Positions 56,638-64,000 of a stretch of DNA of 64,000 nt are shown piece by piece. Numbering within the stretch: position 1 is the stretch's first letter; each line of letters opens with the position of its first letter. Made by a program: the position numbers and the translations under genes. The notes beneath the pieces were generated by a model. That model saw nothing but the letters and a program-made list of their open reading frames with translations, searched no databases and was not told the DNA's origin. The stretch is taken from contig OZ024745.1 in the NCBI GenBank assembly GCA_964016885.1, forward strand, positions 49,290,001-49,354,000, written 5' to 3'. Source of the stretch: Eledone cirrhosa. Its lineage: Eukaryota.

Positions 56638-58852
56638 TATATATATAGATGCAACGCCCCGGGCAAAAGGCTGCAATATTTATCATCTGAAACCCAGATG
56701 GTTGCCATAATTCTTTTAGACTGAGCTCAAACAGAATGAGCATCATCATCCTCCTATCACCACGAGAACATGCGGATGAACATATGGAGCTCGTCTGCCG
56801 AGTTCCTCCCTAACAAATAATCCTGCCAAAAATTGTACCATCTTGTAATCATAATCGTTAGCAGGAATTTAGCAGAGAAATTGGAAATTAGAAATTTCTT
56901 TATGGATATAATATATATTACGTAGAATATTTTTGTGTTGTTATAAAATGTAAACTTCATACCATTTTATTAATCCTTTCTTTACCACATATATTTTCAA
57001 TGAAATCCTAGGATTTTTTAGTTATTTTGAACGTAACCAAGAATTTAGAGGAGTTTAAATAATGTATATATCATTATTATGTTGAATTTTGGAACATTAA
57101 CTTAATTATAAAATTATGATGGAAGTTCGTTTTTAATAAATATAGATATATACATACGTTAACCTTTTCAATACGATATTTCTAATAAAAGACGCTTTCA
57201 TGATTTTCCAATGATTTTGAAAATAATAAAAAATTTTGAGGGGTTATTAATATGACTTTCTCGATATTAAATTGTGTTTGAGGTATAAGTTAACGAAGGT
57301 TCTTACATAATACTGTCGTAAAATGTGTTAATATGTATCTAAAAGATAAATATAAACAGTTTTGTATTGTAGAATCGGGGTCAGTTTTTGGCAGTTTGAT
57401 TTCAAAAGTGTTAAGGAGATTTATTAAAGCTGAAACTCATTATTATTTATGATTCCCACATTATAGCCTTTGTAATAATTTTACTTTTTAGAGTTTTTAT
57501 GAACTAATAACTTAAAGTTAAAGATGTGAGGCACGGAGTTCTCTTAAAGGAAAATATCACAGGATGTAATAAATCCAGCCTTCAAGAGCTCTGGTATGAT
57601 GATATGTTTAGGTCAAAGAGCCTCTGGGATGGAGTTAACTGGAATTTATATCTCACGGTTTATTGAAAAAACAACTAACATTAAATATTCACTTCTCAAG
57701 AGATAGTAACAAATTACATTTGATAGGACGTATGTTAATAGTGTTACTTAATGAGACGTTATAAAAAGGTGCAAACCGCAGTTATGAATCTTAGGCTTCA
57801 CTGCTTTCATTGTATTTGATATTCATTCATGTTAAATTATCTTCGTAAGTCTTGATAATAAATCTTATAATATATGTTTTGTAATAAGACTGTCTGTTTT
57901 TCAGTTTAATTGGTTAATTTATAGATCGTTAATGTCTACGTTTCTTAAATAATCAGAAATTATTACATAAAGATAATTCTTATCCGATTAAAAAAATATG
58001 GAAGTAGAGCGTCGAAGATTCTGAAAAAGATATGTTCATAGCGTACGTAAATGCACTGGGCTAAAAAAGATTATTTTTCAGTTATGCAAATAGTTCAAAA
58101 TAGTTGAAGTCTGTTCCAAGCCCATACACCCACGAGGCGGAACTTATGTGATACCCATATTTTAGAGACAATCCTCAGCATCCTAATTTTGAGGTCTCAA
58201 AATAATAAGGTCCGTGTTCCACCCTACTACAAGGTATCTTGTCATAGGTTACAGTTGACATATGCCTAGTGAATGAAATTGCGTAGGCGGCAACGTAATA
58301 AAAGCTTGTCAGATAGATTGTACCTGTAATTCATAAATTCAGTATTGTAAAATACTGAATCACGCTGATTATGTTAGTGAATTACGTTAAGGATACACAT
58401 GCCAGTGGAATACTCACCACTTGCACACTATTGGAGGTTCAGAAGGTAGAAAAACTAAATGGTCATCGTTGAAACATGTGGAGGATCCGTCAGTATTCTC
58501 TAATACGTTTAGGAAACTCTGGTATAAAGGAATAGGTAATTTCGGTTTACATTTAATCATTTGTTCAACCATGCTACTCACAGTGCTAAAAGATAACATG
58601 GACATTTCAAAAACTAACAAATAAAAAATAAATAGTTAAAAATATACTATACTAAATCAGAGTTGATTTCCTGAATAGTAAACTTTGGTCATTTCCGGTT
58701 ATTAGAAATTTATCATAAGCATAAAAATGTCGATGACTAAGCGGAAGGAAAATAAGGACCGGAAAAAAAGAGTTAAGTACATTAAGGGATTGAGGGGGCT
58801 AGAATTAAAATTAAACATGCAAGCAATACATACATACACATACATACACCCC

Positions 58853-58900
<48 letters not shown>

Positions 58901-58995
58901 ATATAAATATATAGATGCCTGTGTGTGTATGTATGCATATATGTATATTTACATATATATTTACACACGCACATCTATCTATATATATATATATA

Positions 58996-60402
58996 AATTT
59001 TGAGTATATGTTGGTTGTTTACCAACACCCAGTGTGCAGGTTGGAGCACTCGACGAAGTGCGCAGGTTGGTTTGGTTACTCCGGAGTAATGTAAAATAAA
59101 ATAAATAAGTCAAATATTTAAAATTTGGCTTCGTTTATTACTTCGTTTATTATATATATTTCGGTGACAGCCATCTTTGGCTGTGACCTCTTCAGGCAGT
59201 CCGAATTGGTGTGGTAGAGACGGGTACACATGTTGTTGAGGTCTTTAACTCCGTCAATACACCGATATGCCCAGTTCCTGGTTAGGTTGTTATTTCTCTG
59301 AGGAACTGGAATCATGTGAATTCGAACAAACGAATTTCAGCCCATTGGTCAGTTGTGAGAACATTCCTCAGTCAAAAGTCTATAGAAATTCTCTCTGAGG
59401 CGAGGCAATCTGTAGTGGTTGTTTTTGTTATTGTTAAGTACAGCTGACCTTCTCCCTTATGTTGGTAGTGATGTTGGTGTTGGGGGTCAGCTTAAGTCTG
59501 ACTGCTGCTGTTTTTAGAAGAATTTGTGTGTGTGTGTTGGCATCTATCCTGCCACCATTTCTTGTGGTGGTGGTAGTGGTGGGGTTGTGCCAAGCAGATG
59601 AAGAAATAAGATAAAGTAAAATGGGGAAATAAAAGGCAATAAAATAAAGAAAATAAAAAATTAAAAAATGAAGAGAAAAATAAAATGAAATGAAAAGGTA
59701 AAAAACTAAAAATAAAAGAATAAAATAAAGAAATAAAAAAGTAAAATAAAATAAAATAAAATAAAATAAAATAAGAAAATAAATAAACAAAAAAAATGAT
59801 AAAATAGTAAAAGGAATAAGATAATAAAAGAATAAAATAAGATAATCAAATAAAATGCGTGTGTGTTATAACCAATCTCAAAGTTTGAAAGATTTGGAAG
59901 ATATTGACCGAAGTAGAAAGGCTGTGTCATCAAAAAGTGCAAAGGATCACAATCTTTACACTATCATGGTGTGGTGTGTTTTAAGAGCAAATGAGACAAG
60001 TGTTAAAATCCGGAAATAAAAGAATAAAATAAAGAAATAAAAGAGTAAAATAAAATAAAATAAAATAAAAAGAATAAAATAAAATAAAATAATAAAATAA
60101 AATGCGTGTGTGTTATAACCAATCTCAAAGTTTGAAAGATTTGGAAGATATTGACCGAAGTAGAAAGGCTGTGTCAGAATCAATCTTTACACTATCATGG
60201 TGTGGTGCGTTTTAAGAGCAAATGGGCATATCGGTGTATTGACGGAGTTAAACACCTCAACAACATGTGTACCCGTCTATACCACACCAATTCGGACTGC
60301 CTGAAGAGGTCACAGCCAAAGATGGCTGTCACCGAAATATATATAGCAGTAATAAACGAAGCCAACTTTTAAATATTTGACTTATTTATTTTATTTTATT
60401 TT
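58996..60402. mobile_element. PLE-like element with ~180-bp inverted arms carrying an HHR
   Basis: Arms ~59095-59273 and ~60222-60400. Internal direct repeat ~59705-59993 / ~60015-60223. (TA)n at both outer ends. Confidence 0.75.
60296..60350 (+). ncRNA. type I hammerhead ribozyme
   Basis: ACTGC-CTGAAGA-GGTCACAGCC-AAAGAT-GGCTGTCACC-GAAA-TATATA-TA|GCAGT, with a perfect stem I. The mirror copy at 59154-59200 (minus) lacks the 3' strand of stem I. Confidence 0.88.
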
Positions 60403-60468
60403 ATATATATATGTATATATATATATATTTATTTATTTATGTATATATAGTATATATATATATATATA

Positions 60469-60721
60469 TTTTATTAAAATAACAGATTAAAGTTTAAGCA
60501 AAGAATCGCTGCTTTCACCCTTAACGGGATCTTCTGAAACTGAGTTTCAGAAGATCCCGTTTCAGAAGATCCCGTTAAGGGTGAAAGCAGCGATTTTTTG
60601 CTTAAACTTTAATCTGTTATTTTAATAAATATTTGCTCTACGGTTCTTATATATTTGATATATATTTATCCTTATCGAGCCCTCTTTGGATTTTAGTCTT
60701 CAAATTTATTATTATTACTAT
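60469..60721 (+). mobile_element. fold-back mini-element family B with HHR-like variant core
   Basis: Palindrome centred near 60542, with a 15-bp slip duplication. Core GTTT-CAGAAGA-TCCC-GTTAA-GGGT-GAAA-GCA...TGC-TT-AAAC (60559-60607). Confidence 0.75.
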
Positions 60722-60763
60722 ATATATTTTATATATATATGTATGTGTGCGTGTGTGTATGTG

Positions 60764-61140
60764 TCAGTTGATCGACTTTAATTCTTGTCTGAATGGGGAG
60801 ATATATTGTATATATATATGGACTCGTAACTGCTGCCGGAGTCGTCGGGACACCATCCTGATATGTGTTAATGGGTACTTTAAACCTAGTGGAACCCAGT
60901 AAGAACACAGTCGATTTCTTCCAGGGAAATAGAGAGAGAGAGAGAGAGAGGCGGGGGAGTGAGAAATAGATATAGAAGAAGAATCAACCCCAGTACTAGA
61001 CTGATACTTTTTTATCGATCTTGGAAAGATGAAAGGCAAAGTTGACCTTGGCGGGATTTGAACTCAGTGAGCAGAGAGCTGGAACGAATACCAGAAAACA
61101 CTATCTGCAGTTCTAACGAATTCTCCAGTTCACCGCCTTG
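60764..61140 (-). mobile_element. tRNA-derived SINE with extended 3' body; related copy at ~62924-63215
   Basis: GATGAAAGGCAAAGTTGACCTTGGCGGGATTTGAACTCAG; the CAGTTGAT.GACTTTAA.TCTTGTCT...AGAACACAG.CGATTTCTTCCAG block recurs at 62925. Confidence 0.65.
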
Positions 61141-64000
61141 CATATATCTTCTTTTAGTCCCTTAACTCCTGGGGGAGTCGTTTCTTAGGGCATTTTAAAT
61201 CCTGGTAGGGGCCCATCTTCTCTGCAGGTCTGAATACATCAGATTTCTTCAAGAGAAGGATAGAGATCGTGAGAGAATGGAAGTGAGAAAGAGATATAGC
61301 GGAAGAATTGCTCCCAGTATTAGACTGGTACTTTTTGTATCAATATCGAATGGATGAAAGACAAAGGTCAGTTACGACAACGGAGCCATACCAGGAACGT
61401 ACTTTTCGTTGGCCTTGAGGATCAACTTTTCAACTTGATATATAGAGGGGGTTGGGAGAGATAAGTGTAGATATTTATAGAGAGTGAGAGAGTGTATTAG
61501 TGTTAGATATAGAGAGGGGTAGAGTTTGGTTTTAGTAGATACAGAGAGGGGGATTAAAAGAGAGTTTTGTGTGATACACATAGAGAGGAGGAGAGTTTGG
61601 TGACACTTTCGGGTCCCGTCACTAATAATAGGAATGGTGGCAGTAATAGGGCGCGGCGGGGGGGGGGGGGGGTCTTGGGAATCTGTAATTGTATAGTGTA
61701 CGTTGGTAAATATGGGATTTCTGGTAATGTTCTTCTTTTTGTCATATATAATGTTTTTTTTTTAAAATGTAAAATAGAATTATTATTCGATTCTCCAACT
61801 GCTGTATCAATATGAATCATTTACAATAAAATTTTGCCGGAGATAGATTAACAAAATTTAATAAGCCGGTGGGGATGTGGAAAAATCCCTGCGGGTGGGG
61901 GATCAGACAGATTAATAATCTGGGTGTGGGGACGATTTTTGAAGACCTGAAAGTACGTGAATTATTGACGAACGTAAAACACATCTTTTTGGATATACGG
62001 TACAATTTATGTACATGTTATGTTTATCGCATATCGAAGTCTGACCATTTTATAGTGCAAAGAGGTAAACTAATCACTACAGCTAAATTGTCCAAATTTT
62101 TCCCCCACAACCCCAACATTCAGAAAAGCTTAGACCGCCCCTGTATATATATATTATATTATATTATATACGCACACGCAACTATTTATATGATAAGTGA
62201 ACTCGTATCATATTTACATGAATTTCTGTTTGTATGCGGTGTCGTTAATTGAAGTAAAGCAAATTATCTTCTTATATATACAAACATACACTTGTGAAAG
62301 GGAAATAACATTATGCTTTAATATTTAATTGTTATTGTGTCCAACAAATCTATAATATATATTATAGTTGAAATGAATGATTTTAGTATTTTATCTTGTT
62401 TAATAATCTATGTTAAGACATAAAAGACAATGAATATATGGCAATAAAATGTGATGTTTTCTTTTGACTAGGCACCAGGCCAACTTTTGATGAAACATAA
62501 ATGTAAGTAGATATACAGTGGAGAATGAATAGGATATTGTTTGTTACAGGTTTTATATTCTACCAACGTGTGAAAGCATATATCTTACTGCAGAAGGTGT
62601 TCGGCTGACGTTCGTAAGGTTGTGAGTTCGATTCCCAGCAGAAACTGGGTACTAACCCAGCGAAAGACGGGCGTCCTGTTCAGGGAATATGAGATGAGGG
62701 GCCAATCACCCGTGACACCATTAGTGCTAATCCATATCGAATATAAAATGAATTTGGTAATTGTGTTTCATGAAACTGATAAATGTATAAACTGCCAGGG
62801 CTTGAACTAAAGATTAACAGAGGTATACTGACCCTTGGACTCTAACCTATACGTTCTTCGTAAATTATTTATGTTGAATAAAATTTTGTTGAACCGGCTT
62901 CTGTATTTAGAACAATAAATATATCAGTTGATGGACTTTAACTCTTGTCTAACTGGGGTGATATATTGTATGGACTGTCACCATGTTGGGGGAGTCCATC
63001 TCTTCTGCAGGCAAGAACACAGCCGATTTCTTCCAGAGAGAGATAGAGAGAGAGAGTGTGTGTGTGAGAGAGAGAGTGTGAGAGAGAGAGATGTACAAAA
63101 AGACTCCACCCCAGTACTAGACTGGTATTTTTTTTATCGATTTTAAACTCGACAGGATTAACACCAATCATTCTATCCGATGTTCTAACGTTTTTTTGCC
63201 AATTCGCCCCATGCGGAGATAAATTTAGGTGGTGATTATATCAATTATATTCTATTCCCTTACAATTTTGCCATTGAATTCATTATAAGTGAATGACTCT
63301 ATCTATATTTTACATTTGCCCAATATTTTTATATATAAATATATTCAAATTTGATTTGGAATGGTGTCCTACTTTATCACGCTTACTTTTATTGATATAA
63401 AGATAGCTGTCGGCCAACTTGTTGATGATTCAAGACATCATGTTTTTCAAATCTCTATTGTATTTGTTTTTCAATCTAAAGAATCAATCCGCCATGATCA
63501 AGGAAATAGGAAATATTCTAGTAATTTATTGGTTGAGTTACTAGAAGGCAATCTTATTATTTTATTATGCTTTATTAGTTTCTGGCTTACCCCCCTTAAA
63601 AGAACTCTTATTTAACGGTGATTAATATATTATTGTAAACTATTCATATTGAATATAATAGACTATCATGGAGGTTATAAATAACCCTTTTAAATATCTC
63701 CTCTTTTCATAAGTGAATGTATGTATATGTGTGTGAGTGTTATGTATGTATGTATGTATGTATGTATGTATGTATGTATGCATGCATGTATGTATGTATG
63801 CATGTATGTATGCATCTATCTATCTCTCTCTCCATCTCTCTATCTATCTAGCTATGTATTTGTTTCTTTCTGTTTCTCTTTCACTATTTCTCTATCATAC
63901 ACTCTCTCTTTCTCCCTCCCTGTATATATATATATACAGAGAGAGAGAGAGGGGGGATAGATACATTGATACTTTCCTTTTTACATGTAAAATGTCATCC

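Noticed and set aside
56226-56749. ORFs spanning the N run
   Set aside because: Artefacts of the assembly gap.

Overview
Repeat-dominated, AT-rich metazoan genomic DNA; the microsatellite load and tRNA-derived SINE types suggest a mollusc, probably an octopus (inference only). No host gene is securely identifiable, and nearly all long ORFs in the track are microsatellite read-throughs. 1-15.1 kb is a hierarchical (GAGT)n satellite. The rest holds nested retroelements (R4/Dong-like, RTE, CR1-like, L1/Tx1-like, SINEs, a solo LTR), a Helitron, a MITE and two Penelope-like GIY-YIG fragments. The main signal is non-coding: more than 20 type I hammerhead ribozyme (HHR) cores from about 10 unrelated short sequence families, nearly all embedded in (TA)n tracts. 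They include a 311-bp x ~10 retrozyme-like array and a 490-bp family. Many share one architecture: two copies joined head-to-head with the fold-back at or near the ribozyme and both 3' ends running out into (TA)n. This suggests a microsatellite-homing, ribozyme-processed mini-retroelement system mobilised by Penelope-like elements. All structures were read by eye; no folding or database searches were run.
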